A stretch of DNA of 64,000 nucleotides, taken from positions 1-64,000 of IMG/VR virus record IMGVR_UViG_3300010938_000950; one strand, given 5' to 3'. Position 1 is the first letter of the stretch. Every line of letters begins with the position of its first letter. The position numbers were made by a program, and so were the translations under genes. The notes beneath the pieces are model-generated. The model was not told the DNA's origin, searched no databases, and saw only the letters and a list, made by a program, of their open reading frames with translations. This document shows, one piece after another, positions 18,442 through 29,071 of the stretch.

Positions 18442-21400
18442 ATGAGTAACTATCCAAACAATTTTGATGATGATTCAACCTTGCCGGTTGTAAACGATAA
18501 TCTCACAGAGATTGGTGGCGATGCTATCAATGCTTTGCGAGATGCTGTTTTTCAAATAGAGCAAGCATTAGGTCTAAATATTGCTGGAGTTACTCCATCA
18601 TTAGCTGCCCGTCTTGGTGTATTTATTAATCCAGATGGCTCACCCAATGCATCTGTTTTGACTAGTTTGGGGCTAGTTACTCTACCAATCAGAAATGACC
18701 AAATTGCGGAAGCGGCTGGTATTCCAGAATCTAAACTACGTCTTGACTTTAGAACTCAAGATTTATTTAATTACATACGAGATTTATCTCTTGACATAAA
18801 TACTACTCTTGGATGGATTAATACTCAAGGTATCAAACTAGAGCCTCATTTGATTGGCGCAATCTATCGCCATACCATGGATCAGATAGATGTTAGCAAT
18901 AGCACCGGCGACTTCTTAAGCAATGTTTTCCGTACTCTTAGAGACAATACACAATCATACACTCTTGTTAAAGATATAAATGCAGAGTTACTAGCTCATC
19001 AATGGGCCGATGGATCTCCGTTTGGTACCGAGAAAACCATTGTAACCAATAATGGCTCCGTTTACACAACTGATTTTGCACACGTTGGTAGCGGAATTTT
19101 TATTAATCCAAGTAGATTCAATAACATTCCTCAGACACTGGATAATCTTCAGTTGTTTGCTGAATTTATTGACAGTGCCAGTATTTTTCTCTTGGGCACA
19201 AGAATTCAGAACTTGTATACTAGTGGTATTTCTAGAGTATCTGAATCTTCTAATTTAACAGTGGATGGTTATGGACAGTTCCTTGTTCCTCCAACTCCAG
19301 CTAGTGCATTCCTACTAAATATTGGTAACGCAAGTGGACCATTTGATGATATCAACACTGGTGATGATATTGTTGTATTTAATCCGCCAGCCGATCTACA
19401 AACCAATAATTATTTCGATTCTCTATTCTCTTTGGTTAAGCCCGGCGACATTATCAGAGTTCATTATGGTGACGGTTATAATATAGAAGTTCCATACGTA
19501 ATTAGAGAGAAGAAATATAATCCTACCGTTGGTAATAAGAAATATCTTGTCAGAATTGCTGGTAAGAACCAAGCTTACTCACCAAATGCTATTGCGAGAA
19601 TTGATAAACCATTAGCTAATAATAATAAGTATGGAGAGCTATCTATTTCTCCTGTTAATAATGCATTTAGCGCTACACCAAGCTTGATTATCAATAATCC
19701 GCGTGGTGCTCAGGCAACAGGCGTTGGATTTGCTCCTGATCAGTTTGATGAAACGCATTACATGCTATATCTAGCGTTTTATCCAACAGGACACGCTACA
19801 GATGGGTATGTTTTCTTACCAGGAATTGATGTAACAGGTAATCAAGGAACTACACCAGGTGCGTATACTCTTGAGTCCATTGTTCAAGCTACCAACAATG
19901 CATTCCGTAAAGTAGGATACAACTATAGATTTACTGCTTTTGCGTTTGGTGGAGAGTTTGGTATCTGTCTAGCAGATTCGTACCACAACAGCGCATTTTC
20001 TATTATAAGTACTGCAATTGCACCGGATGGGTCAATTGATACACTAAGTAATAGTATCAATTTCCCAAATAATGTTATTTCGATAGTACCGACTGTTGGA
20101 ACTGTCGCAGCAGATCCATTGGGATTTGGGCCAACTGGTTCAGGCGTAGCAAGTCCTCCATTTATGACTTCTTATGGCTCGCCTGCTGCCGCTCTCAACC
20201 CAACCAAGTTATTTATTCCGCTCAGAAGAAATAACTACTATGTTAACGGCTCTGAAACCGAAAGACTTGCGAAAGAAGACTCTCAAGCTTTAGATGGTTA
20301 TGGAGATGGTTATTGGGTAGCAACCGTACAAGATATTCAAGTTCAACCAGGTCGAGTACAAACTACTTATCGTATTCCTCTTAATTTAGATACTTCTGGA
20401 TTAAAGATTGGAAAAACTATTGTTGTTCAATCACTCGGCGTTGGAAACTTAGTAGATTTTGGTAGATATATTATTCAATCTGTAAATATAAACTGTGCAC
20501 CAAATGTTTATACAGATATCACGGTTTATGATTCTGTTCACGCCAAAGGCTTCTCGCCAACAGCCACACTACAGCCATTTTCTCAGGTCGCGATTTATTT
20601 TGGATCAGACTCTGTTTCGTTTAGTACGGAATCGGCAACTGATTTTACTGTTGCAACTCCATTCAAGAGACATTTTGAAGTATATGTAGACCAAAATGGA
20701 AAAACTTTCACTCATGAACGCGGCAGACTAACACTTAGTGGTGGCAACATAACCGTTAATGGTACTACATTATACGGATATGCACAACTTAATAAATTAG
20801 ATATTGTTACCATATCTCCTAAATTAAGAGGCTATCAGTTTGGTTCTATAAACAAGATTTCTTTGAGAATGTTCAACTTCTCCAGTACCACTGGAGTATT
20901 TGACGGATATTTAGCATCATATGATGGAACCAATTTCACTCATTTTGGTCCGCGCACCACTGGTAAGAAGGGCGATGTTGTTAGATTCTATGATGAAACA
21001 CATGTTGACTACATTGACGTTATTATAGATCCAAATACCGTTGTTAATGATTTTACTGATCAAGTAATTGACTTTCAATTATTCCCATCACTTCAATTAG
21101 ATACTGAATTAATGTTGATTGGTACATGCCAAGTCAATGACACTACTCAGGTAGTTAGCAAGATCATTGATAGGCGCCAATTCGGCAATACAAGCGAAAA
21201 AGATTTAAGTGATTCAGTATTTGATTATATGGCGGTACCTGAAAAGCTATTGCACTCTAATGGAGTTATTAGAGGATTCGATATTTTCAATGTGTATGAT
21301 GGTGCTGCCGGTATCATTAATTTTACCGGAGGTGTTGTCTTAGTTGATGGCAAAATCATTAATATCAACAATGATTCTTTGTCTATACCTCTCGTTAAAG

Positions 21401-22980
21401 AGTCATTTAATTTTGTCAATTATAATATCAATTGGGCAGTCTGTATAAATAAAGATGGCGATTATGATGCCATTCCTTTATTAGATTTTGACTCTAGTCT
21501 ATCTACGCCAAGCAATACAAATAGAACATTCACTGCATTTGATGTAGTTAGCTCTACTTCATATGTTTTGCCTGCAACTACATTCTCCGATCTAATAAAT
21601 AAGAGAACCGATTTAACATTATTATATGTAGTATCTTCAACCGTTTCCGGATCGGGCTCAGGCGCAACTATTGATTTGCAAACAGTAGATGCTAGAAAAT
21701 TTGTTGCTAAAAAAGATTGGGGAGAGATAGCTACCCTTTGTGTTGATGCAAATAATGGGGAATTTAGAAGTTTCGATGCATTAGAAACATGGATCAACTT
21801 TAATGCAAAATATAATAGCCTAATACATGTTAAAGGAACATTTACTTCTCTACCATCTACACTTACCTATAATAATCCAGTTAGATTTATTGGTGATGGC
21901 ACAACAGTATTTAGTCCTACTAGTGCATTATCTGTTTTGAATGTTGAGTTTAGTAATATTACTTTGAATGTCAATACGTTTGATTTTAATGGTTCTCCAA
22001 TGGATAGATGCATCATTAATTTCAATCCAACTCCAAGTGGACATTTGGTTACGCTTAACACATTGATTACTAACACTACCATTAATTTCTCTGGTAGTGG
22101 CGGCCCAATCAACTTCTTAGCAAATACTAGACTTGAAAATGTTACAATCAATGTTACTGGAGCAAACGAAGCAGTAACACTCAGCGGATGTATTGCTAAA
22201 GATTGTACTTTTAACATTACTGGCACCGGATGTACATTAACTATTGATTCTAATGCAACTATTGAAAGCTGCACATTTAATATGAATGCAAGTAGTACAA
22301 CCTGGAGTTTCCAAGGTTCAGCAATCAATTGTACATTCAATTTTAATGCTGTTGGCACTCAGTTGCCTGTATCGGCAAGCAGCTCTTCTACTACAGGATT
22401 TAATTTCTCTGGAAATAGATTTATTGTTAATGCAGTATCTACTCCTCCAAGTAGTATAATTTCAGTATCTAATGGTTCTAACGGCAATATAATTGATAAC
22501 TTCTTCTTTAGATCAGGAACTACACTTACTAATGGATATATTTTAGCCCCTGCAACAGGCACAGTAACAGTTGTGGGCAACTTCTTTGATAGTACCACTT
22601 ACAATGGTACTGATCTTAACTTAGTTAAAAGTTTACCATTAACTTGGATCTACCAAAACAACCTCAATACGCCAACTACCAGAAATCTACGTAGAATTAC
22701 TGGAGGCAGCTCGTACACGGTAGTGCCAGTTGATCATATATTGTCTTTTGATTTAACAACCGGCCCTATGACGGTCAGCTTGCCATCGGTCAGCTTGGGT
22801 CCGCCAGGCAGAATATTAGTAATCAAAGATGCTACTGGTAATGCAGATATTAGACCAATTACGCTGGCCAGAGCAAATGTCAGTGAAACTATTGAAGGAC
22901 TAGCATCTGATTACGTATATAATATTCCATTCGGTTCCATCACATTAATAGCAGATTCTGGTGGATGGGTTATAATATGA
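18442..22980 (+). CDS. Large tail fibre/spike-like virion protein with C-terminal beta-helix-like region
   Basis: N-terminal YP..D...INALRDAVFQIEQALG anchor; N/I/T/C-rich beta-helix-like repeats at about 21900-22600; terminal TVSLP...GRILVIKDATGNA..PITL..TIEG module. Confidence 0.7.
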   Translation: MSNYPNNFDDDSTLPVVNDNLTEIGGDAINALRDAVFQIEQALGLNIAGVTPSLAARLGVFINPDGSPNASVLTSLGLVTLPIRNDQIAEAAGIPESKLRLDFRTQDLFNYIRDLSLDINTTLGWINTQGIKLEPHLIGAIYRHTMDQIDVSNSTGDFLSNVFRTLRDNTQSYTLVKDINAELLAHQWADGSPFGTEKTIVTNNGSVYTTDFAHVGSGIFINPSRFNNIPQTLDNLQLFAEFIDSASIFLLGTRIQNLYTSGISRVSESSNLTVDGYGQFLVPPTPASAFLLNIGNASGPFDDINTGDDIVVFNPPADLQTNNYFDSLFSLVKPGDIIRVHYGDGYNIEVPYVIREKKYNPTVGNKKYLVRIAGKNQAYSPNAIARIDKPLANNNKYGELSISPVNNAFSATPSLIINNPRGAQATGVGFAPDQFDETHYMLYLAFYPTGHATDGYVFLPGIDVTGNQGTTPGAYTLESIVQATNNAFRKVGYNYRFTAFAFGGEFGICLADSYHNSAFSIISTAIAPDGSIDTLSNSINFPNNVISIVPTVGTVAADPLGFGPTGSGVASPPFMTSYGSPAAALNPTKLFIPLRRNNYYVNGSETERLAKEDSQALDGYGDGYWVATVQDIQVQPGRVQTTYRIPLNLDTSGLKIGKTIVVQSLGVGNLVDFGRYIIQSVNINCAPNVYTDITVYDSVHAKGFSPTATLQPFSQVAIYFGSDSVSFSTESATDFTVATPFKRHFEVYVDQNGKTFTHERGRLTLSGGNITVNGTTLYGYAQLNKLDIVTISPKLRGYQFGSINKISLRMFNFSSTTGVFDGYLASYDGTNFTHFGPRTTGKKGDVVRFYDETHVDYIDVIIDPNTVVNDFTDQVIDFQLFPSLQLDTELMLIGTCQVNDTTQVVSKIIDRRQFGNTSEKDLSDSVFDYMAVPEKLLHSNGVIRGFDIFNVYDGAAGIINFTGGVVLVDGKIININNDSLSIPLVKESFNFVNYNINWAVCINKDGDYDAIPLLDFDSSLSTPSNTNRTFTAFDVVSSTSYVLPATTFSDLINKRTDLTLLYVVSSTVSGSGSGATIDLQTVDARKFVAKKDWGEIATLCVDANNGEFRSFDALETWINFNAKYNSLIHVKGTFTSLPSTLTYNNPVRFIGDGTTVFSPTSALSVLNVEFSNITLNVNTFDFNGSPMDRCIINFNPTPSGHLVTLNTLITNTTINFSGSGGPINFLANTRLENVTINVTGANEAVTLSGCIAKDCTFNITGTGCTLTIDSNATIESCTFNMNASSTTWSFQGSAINCTFNFNAVGTQLPVSASSSSTTGFNFSGNRFIVNAVSTPPSSIISVSNGSNGNIIDNFFFRSGTTLTNGYILAPATGTVTVVGNFFDSTTYNGTDLNLVKSLPLTWIYQNNLNTPTTRNLRRITGGSSYTVVPVDHILSFDLTTGPMTVSLPSVSLGPPGRILVIKDATGNADIRPITLARANVSETIEGLASDYVYNIPFGSITLIADSGGWVII

Positions 22981-22989
22981 AAGGTAAAT

Positions 22990-24084
22990 ATGAGTAGCCC
23001 TAGACTTTTTAAACAATTTTTTACAACACCAACTTCTTTATTAGGAGCAGGAAGCATTCTTTACACAACAGTAACGGCCGCTTCAAATAACGTTGTGTTA
23101 CCAACTGGTACTATTAATGTTAACTCTACCGCTGGATTCCCAACTAGCGGGCAAATAGGTGTACAAGTTATCATAAACTTTTCTTATGCTTATGTAACAG
23201 TTAACTATACTGGAATTACCGCTACTAGTTTTACAGGATGTACTGGCGGATCTGGTACTATGGTTACTGGCTCTCAAATTGGTGCAATCGGATCTATTGT
23301 AACTGGTACTTGGACTTGTCCTGCTGGCGTCAAATATGCTATTGTTACTGGTTGTGGTGGTGGCGGTGGCGGAGGAGGTGGTGCCAGTTCTTCAGGAAGA
23401 AGCATTACCTATTTTGCAGGCGGTGGTAGCGGAGGACATCCTGCGCCAACATCAACTCAAATAGTTCAAGTTACACCTGGAGTAGTTTATACTATTTCTG
23501 TTGGTCAGGGAGGTATAGGCGGAACTTCAAACTGTGTAGCCAATATCGTAAGCCCAAGCGGTGGTGGTACAAAACCTGGTAATCCTGGATCAGATGGATC
23601 TGCTAGTATATTTGGTTCTCTTATATTTCCAGGTGGTAAGGGAGGTAGAGAGGGGCAATTAATTTCTATCAACACTCTTACATTCCCTGTTGGAGCAGAC
23701 TGTTCTAATGCTGCCTTCTCTGGTTCTACTAACCCAACACCACAAAATATTCAGGCGGCAGCCGAACGCGCCCCATTTACTCCTGCTGGTGCTTTGCAAG
23801 GAATAGCGCATGCAGTCAATCGCGCTTCAAATCAATACTCTTTATCTGGTGGAGGAACCGCAGGAGGAGTATCCAATAATCATTTATCAACTGCAGGAAA
23901 TGGTGGGCAAGGAGCACAAGGATTTGATGGATACCCATTCGCCGGCTACGGAGGTAATGGTACCTATGGTGGAGGCGGAGGAGGTGCTGGCGGAGGAGAG
24001 AACTGGGACTATAATAATACTCATGACGGCGGTCTCGGTGGTTGGGGAGGCTCCGGATTTATTGAAGTAGCATGGATGGCATAA
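22990..24084 (+). CDS. Glycine-rich tail fibre-associated protein
   Basis: WTCPAGVKYAIVTGCGGGGGGG...GGSG..GGSGFIEVAW glycine-rich domain. Confidence 0.75.
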   Translation: MSSPRLFKQFFTTPTSLLGAGSILYTTVTAASNNVVLPTGTINVNSTAGFPTSGQIGVQVIINFSYAYVTVNYTGITATSFTGCTGGSGTMVTGSQIGAIGSIVTGTWTCPAGVKYAIVTGCGGGGGGGGGASSSGRSITYFAGGGSGGHPAPTSTQIVQVTPGVVYTISVGQGGIGGTSNCVANIVSPSGGGTKPGNPGSDGSASIFGSLIFPGGKGGREGQLISINTLTFPVGADCSNAAFSGSTNPTPQNIQAAAERAPFTPAGALQGIAHAVNRASNQYSLSGGGTAGGVSNNHLSTAGNGGQGAQGFDGYPFAGYGGNGTYGGGGGGAGGGENWDYNNTHDGGLGGWGGSGFIEVAWMA

Positions 24085-24468
24085 ATGAAATACATTGCAT
24101 ATAAAACAGCACAAAATGACCCTAACTTACCAAACGGGTTTATTACTGAACATTTTGAAACAGATCAAGCGACTTTAGAGGGCTATACTGTTGTTACTTT
24201 GGAAGTTTTTAACGCGCTATATCAAAATAACGTTAATTTAGTCAGAAAAGCAGAAGCAGATAGAGGAATCATACCTCAACATCCTGCATTACCGGCCCCA
24301 GTATTAAGGCCGGCCTCAGACGTGGAACAAGTACCAGCAAATTTTGTTCCCCCACCTCCTGCTCAGGCTCCTGGAATGCCACAATCAGTAGATCCTTCTA
24401 ATCAAGAACTATTTAATCAGTTTTTGGCATGGGTTGCAGCAGGTAAACCTCCTGTAAATAACACATAA
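24085..24468 (+). CDS. Hypothetical protein, possible fibre assembly chaperone
   Basis: 127 aa directly after glycine-rich fibre gene; position-based inference. Confidence 0.4.
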   Translation: MKYIAYKTAQNDPNLPNGFITEHFETDQATLEGYTVVTLEVFNALYQNNVNLVRKAEADRGIIPQHPALPAPVLRPASDVEQVPANFVPPPPAQAPGMPQSVDPSNQELFNQFLAWVAAGKPPVNNT

Positions 24469-24482
24469 TTTGACATTAATTT

Positions 24483-25310
24483 ATGTCGTCCAATAATTTC
24501 TTTAGATCAGACCTTTTTGGAATATACAATATCATCCAAGCATCGATGATTGTTTATCCAAAAGAGATAGTCATCGCTACACTGAGAGATTTCTTTTCTA
24601 AGGATAGTTATTATCATTTTTCAAAAGATCAATGGGGATTTCCTAATACGGTAGATCATACAGATTTACCTCCAGGGGCTGATCTGCCTTATGGGCCAGG
24701 TGCACAACCAGAATTAAATCCGCATCCTATTTTACCAACCCGCTTATTTATTGGGGAGAATTATCGTTATGATGGTATTTTCTATCCTGCGGTTTTGGTT
24801 AAAAGTGGTGGCAGCCGTTATGTACCTATTTCTATTAATAGAGATCAGGGATTAGTCAAATATGATAATATCCTTTATGTTGATGGATATGGCAATGAAA
24901 CAATTGTAAGAAAACCAATTGCCTTTTTGACATCTGGAGCTTGGGAAGGATCGATAATTATTGATGTAATGAGCCGCAGTTTACGCGCTAGGGACGATTT
25001 AGTTGAATTAATTGGAATGTGTTTTACTGAAGTACATTTTGATACACTTCATGAAATAGGAATTGTGGTTAAACCAATTTCAATTGGGGCACCATCAGAG
25101 ACGGATGATCGAAACGATAAGTTATTTAGGCAAAGTCTCACATTAGATATAAGAACTGAATGGGCAAGAGAAATACCGATATCCAATACAATCGACGCCA
25201 TTCTCTTTACAGCCAGTTTTGGTGATTTGTCAAAACCAAACAGTCCAATAGCGGCAAACCTAACTGTTAATACGGAAGTTAACACGTCAGATATGCTACT
25301 AAAACTGTAA
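24483..25310 (+). CDS. Putative tail terminator/completion protein
   Basis: Immediately upstream of sheath; YPAVLVK...IIIDVMSRSLRARDDLVELI...FRQSLTLDIRTEW pattern. Confidence 0.65.
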   Translation: MSSNNFFRSDLFGIYNIIQASMIVYPKEIVIATLRDFFSKDSYYHFSKDQWGFPNTVDHTDLPPGADLPYGPGAQPELNPHPILPTRLFIGENYRYDGIFYPAVLVKSGGSRYVPISINRDQGLVKYDNILYVDGYGNETIVRKPIAFLTSGAWEGSIIIDVMSRSLRARDDLVELIGMCFTEVHFDTLHEIGIVVKPISIGAPSETDDRNDKLFRQSLTLDIRTEWAREIPISNTIDAILFTASFGDLSKPNSPIAANLTVNTEVNTSDMLLKL

Positions 25311-25449
25311 AATACTGTGGCTGAATAGGGTGAAATTGAAAAGTTTAAGACCCAGCAAGTCAACAAAATGTGTTAATATAGCGTCAAGGATAGCAATATT
25401 ACTACATTTTAGTGATACAATCCACAAAACCGAGTGAGAAGGATTTAAC

Positions 25450-28275
25450 ATGGCAAATATACCAGGCGCAACAAATGCCTTACCAGGAGTATTCACCGAC
25501 GTAATTACCCAGTCAAGTGGTGTTGCGATCCCTGGAGGTTCTCGTGTCGTAGCTATGATCGGTCAAGGCTCGACAAACGAGATTCTAGTTTCTCAAGCTT
25601 TAGGCAGTGGTCAAGACGGACTCAATGCTACATATACCTCTAGTTCAGGTTCTGATGGTAGACACTTTTTACTTTCAAATTTTCCATTAATTCAGAACCG
25701 CACAACTCTATTTAAGAATGGAGTTCCATTAGTTGGGCTTGAACTTGGACCAATTACATCAACTACAACTTTTAGTTTTAAGTATGATTATCAATTAGAC
25801 CCAACAACCGGTCGTGTTCTATTACAAGCGGCCCATCTTCAAGATCAGGGTGGCTCATTTTACACTGCACTAAATACAAATGTCGGTTTAGGATCAATCA
25901 ATAGTTTAACTCTACAAGATAATAACTCTCCACCAGAAACTTGGACAATTCGTTGTATCTCAGTTCAAAGAAACCCAATGAACCAACCAATTGCTGGAAC
26001 TGCTAAGTTCTTAGCATTTGGATCCGTATCTGGCGCAAAGTTGGATGCAAATGGTAATCCAATTGTTTGGATTGCTAACGGACAAACCGTAAGCAACGGT
26101 GTATTGAGCTTTAACATCACAGAAACTGCAGTATCCAACGTGGTAGTATCTCCATTCCGTGAGGGTGATGCTTTCACCATTATTGTATCAAGTGGTGTTC
26201 TAGTTCGTGGAGATTCATTAACTGCAACTTGTATTCCATTACAAAATATCAATAACCCAACTCTAGTTCAAGGAATTTCTGATATTACAAACTTCAGCGG
26301 CCCAGCAAGCTTGACAAATAATCTTAGCTTGGGTGGTCAGCTATTGTTTGCTAATGGTGCCTCTTCTATGATTGCGGTGCAGGCAGCCCCTCCACTTCCA
26401 AGAAGAACTTCTTATGTAATGGACCCATCTGTTGATGCGCTATCAACTAACGTAGATGAATTTATCTTTCCATTCCCAATTGGTGTCGCTCCAGATTTGA
26501 ATGCTAATATTCATTTCTTTGTAACTAACCCAACTACTCAAGTTGAAACTCAGTTACTACCTAATAAGCACCCATATTATACTTTGGGTACTGCTGGTAA
26601 TCCAACTGTAACACAGTTTGTTTTTAGCGATCTACAGCCACCTTCTGGTTATTCCTTCGGTTACAGCGTCATTCAAAGTTTTGAAACTGTTGTCACAGGA
26701 TTTGATGGTTATGTTGGTAGATTACCTGCTTTCGGAACTCAAGCAGTCTTCCGTGCCGAAAGTGGTGGTTTTGATTCTACTTTTGTTGGTAAGCTAATCA
26801 AGATTATTGAGTCTAATAATAAAGCAAACATAGGAACATTTGAAATTACCGGTGTTTCCAATGGTCAATTAAGTATTCAGACTATCTTGACTGGTCAACC
26901 AGGTTATCCAACTCCATTCCCAAGCCCAACTGGATTCCCAGACTTTGTTTCACAAACAGGTACAGCCTTTGAATTAATTCAAATTTCAACTGGATTACCG
27001 GTTGCTGGAAAATCTGGAACTGATGGTACATTAGTTGCGCTATTAAATACTGCACAAGGTACATTAACTAGCACAGCAGTTAACTTTAATATACCAGATT
27101 TGGTTACTAACTATAGATTACAAATCAATGGATCATCTGTTGGAAATGATGGTTTGTACGATATCATAGGATATGATACATTTACTAACACACTCACCTT
27201 GCAGATGGCTTTCGTAAGTGAAACCAACACAAGATATGAAGTAATTGATCCTCTTGATGTAAGCACTTACTTAGTAGTAAACCATAACATTGTTCCAAAT
27301 GGATATCAATTAAGAGTTACTATTGTAGATGCAAGAGATGCCTCTTTCTTCGATGCTGGTTGGCTCAACGCTCTAGAAGTTCTAGAAACTGTCGAATGTG
27401 ATATTTTGGTACCACTACCAAACCAAACAATGTCAGTAATTTTCCAGAACTGTCTAAGCCATTGTATTACAATGAGCAATATTGCTAATAGAAAAGAGCG
27501 CGTGTTGTTCATTGGAGCTATCCAAGGTTTGACGCCTGCTAATTTGACTGGCGCACAACCAGCCGCTGTAGAAGATATTGGTATCCTAGAAGGTATCCAA
27601 GGTGATAATATCACTGATATCTTAGCAGGTAACGTTGAAGACTTAGCTAACTACTCCGTATCTAATTCTTACGGACAGACATTCCGTTGTGTATACTTCT
27701 ATCCAGATCAGATTGTTGTTCAGGCTGGAGCAGAGAATGTTCTTGTCGATGGTTTCTATATTGCAGCCGCTGCCGCAGGTTATGCAAATGCAGACTTAGC
27801 ACTACAGAATCCATTTACTAACAAGGTATTCAGTGGATTTACTATCTTAAGAAACAAGACCTTCTCTCCACTAGTTCTAACTCAACTAGCAGAAGCCGGT
27901 GTAACTACGCTGCAACCGGTTGCTGGTGGTGGTAGAGTTGTATGGGGTATCACAACTAGTCAGTCTGGATTCCCAGAAGAACAAGAAATTTCTATTGTCT
28001 TTATCAGAGATAGAGTTGCTAAGGTTCTACGTTCTGGTTTTGCAGGATTCATTGGAACTCCAGAGAGAGTCGATACGGCAACTCAATTGAGTACCGAAGC
28101 GGTTATCTTATTGAACTCCTTGATTTCTCAGGGACTAATCACTGCCTTCAGAGGACTAGCAGTACAAAGAGATTCAGTAGATCCTCGTCAGTGGAATATT
28201 GCAGTAAGTGTACAGCCAGTTTACCCAATTAACTGGATCTATATTAAGGTAACAGTTACCAATTTGGGAGCTTGA
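25450..28275 (+). CDS. Contractile tail sheath protein
   Basis: N-terminal LPGVFT; C-terminal EISIVFIRDRVAKVLR...DPRQWNIAVSVQPVYPINWIYIKV; AAGGA SD. Confidence 0.92.
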   Translation: MANIPGATNALPGVFTDVITQSSGVAIPGGSRVVAMIGQGSTNEILVSQALGSGQDGLNATYTSSSGSDGRHFLLSNFPLIQNRTTLFKNGVPLVGLELGPITSTTTFSFKYDYQLDPTTGRVLLQAAHLQDQGGSFYTALNTNVGLGSINSLTLQDNNSPPETWTIRCISVQRNPMNQPIAGTAKFLAFGSVSGAKLDANGNPIVWIANGQTVSNGVLSFNITETAVSNVVVSPFREGDAFTIIVSSGVLVRGDSLTATCIPLQNINNPTLVQGISDITNFSGPASLTNNLSLGGQLLFANGASSMIAVQAAPPLPRRTSYVMDPSVDALSTNVDEFIFPFPIGVAPDLNANIHFFVTNPTTQVETQLLPNKHPYYTLGTAGNPTVTQFVFSDLQPPSGYSFGYSVIQSFETVVTGFDGYVGRLPAFGTQAVFRAESGGFDSTFVGKLIKIIESNNKANIGTFEITGVSNGQLSIQTILTGQPGYPTPFPSPTGFPDFVSQTGTAFELIQISTGLPVAGKSGTDGTLVALLNTAQGTLTSTAVNFNIPDLVTNYRLQINGSSVGNDGLYDIIGYDTFTNTLTLQMAFVSETNTRYEVIDPLDVSTYLVVNHNIVPNGYQLRVTIVDARDASFFDAGWLNALEVLETVECDILVPLPNQTMSVIFQNCLSHCITMSNIANRKERVLFIGAIQGLTPANLTGAQPAAVEDIGILEGIQGDNITDILAGNVEDLANYSVSNSYGQTFRCVYFYPDQIVVQAGAENVLVDGFYIAAAAAGYANADLALQNPFTNKVFSGFTILRNKTFSPLVLTQLAEAGVTTLQPVAGGGRVVWGITTSQSGFPEEQEISIVFIRDRVAKVLRSGFAGFIGTPERVDTATQLSTEAVILLNSLISQGLITAFRGLAVQRDSVDPRQWNIAVSVQPVYPINWIYIKVTVTNLGA

Positions 28276-28303
28276 TATATAATATCTTAGGGAGTTAAAT
28301 AAT

Positions 28304-28987
28304 ATGGTTACAGGCTATCCACAAACAGGTTCACTACTTAATCTAGGTGACGGATTTGGTACTAATACTACCAATACTGCAATTTCAACTAACATCTTAT
28401 TAGCTGTGAGAACTCCAAGTGGTTATCAACCAATTGGTGCAGTTCAATCTATGGCAATTTCTGAAAAGAGATCAATTAAGATGATTGATGAAGTTGGAAC
28501 TGATGGTCACATTGATTCTGTACCAAACCAATCAACTAACATCACTGGAACTTGTCAAAGAGTAAGATTCCAGAAATTAAGAGTAGCAGAAGCTTTTGAC
28601 AGAGGCTTTTTGCATGTAGCGTCACAAGTTTATCCTTTTGATATTGTTATTTTCGATAAGCAGAAATTTCAAGTAAATGCTCAAGTAACTACAATTATCA
28701 AAAACGTATGGATTTCTGGTATTGATTATACTTATCAAGTAAGTGATTGGGTGATCACTGATAGTTTAACTTGGGAAGCAGAGCACATTTATAGTACAGT
28801 TAATGGTGGCCCTGCTGCTGTTGGCGGTCAGAATAACTTGTATAAACCATTCGGTGGCGCTTCTAATCCAAATTGGATTGAGTCTCAAACTGACACCGGA
28901 GCAAGTGGCAGAAGAGGATCTTTGGATGCTGCTGGTCTTATCGACATTGGTTCTGGTCAGTACCCAGGTTCTGTTGGAATCTTCTAA
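28304..28987 (+). CDS. Tail tube protein
   Basis: Follows sheath; IGAVQSMAISEKRSIKMIDEVG...TNITGTCQRVRF; GGGAG SD. Confidence 0.85.
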   Translation: MVTGYPQTGSLLNLGDGFGTNTTNTAISTNILLAVRTPSGYQPIGAVQSMAISEKRSIKMIDEVGTDGHIDSVPNQSTNITGTCQRVRFQKLRVAEAFDRGFLHVASQVYPFDIVIFDKQKFQVNAQVTTIIKNVWISGIDYTYQVSDWVITDSLTWEAEHIYSTVNGGPAAVGGQNNLYKPFGGASNPNWIESQTDTGASGRRGSLDAAGLIDIGSGQYPGSVGIF

Positions 28988-29015
28988 TACTTTCTAATAT
29001 CCTTAGACTACTTAA

Positions 29016-29056
29016 AATAAGCCCTACTTTGATATATAGTCATTGTAGGGTTTATT
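29016..29056 (+). terminator. Imperfect hairpin followed by T-rich run after tail tube gene
   Basis: AATAAGCCCTAC...GTAGGGTTTATT 12 bp stem (one G.U) with inner TGA/TCA pairing. Confidence 0.55.
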
Positions 29057-29071
29057 ATTTGTGGAGTTATA

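Noticed and set aside
24470-24475. TTGACA upstream of the tail terminator gene
   Set aside because: Only 7 nt before the ATG, so no room for a -10 element
25311-25449. ncRNA or tRNA in the largest intergenic gap upstream of the sheath
   Set aside because: No cloverleaf, CRISPR repeat or stable stem recognised; probably a promoter/leader region
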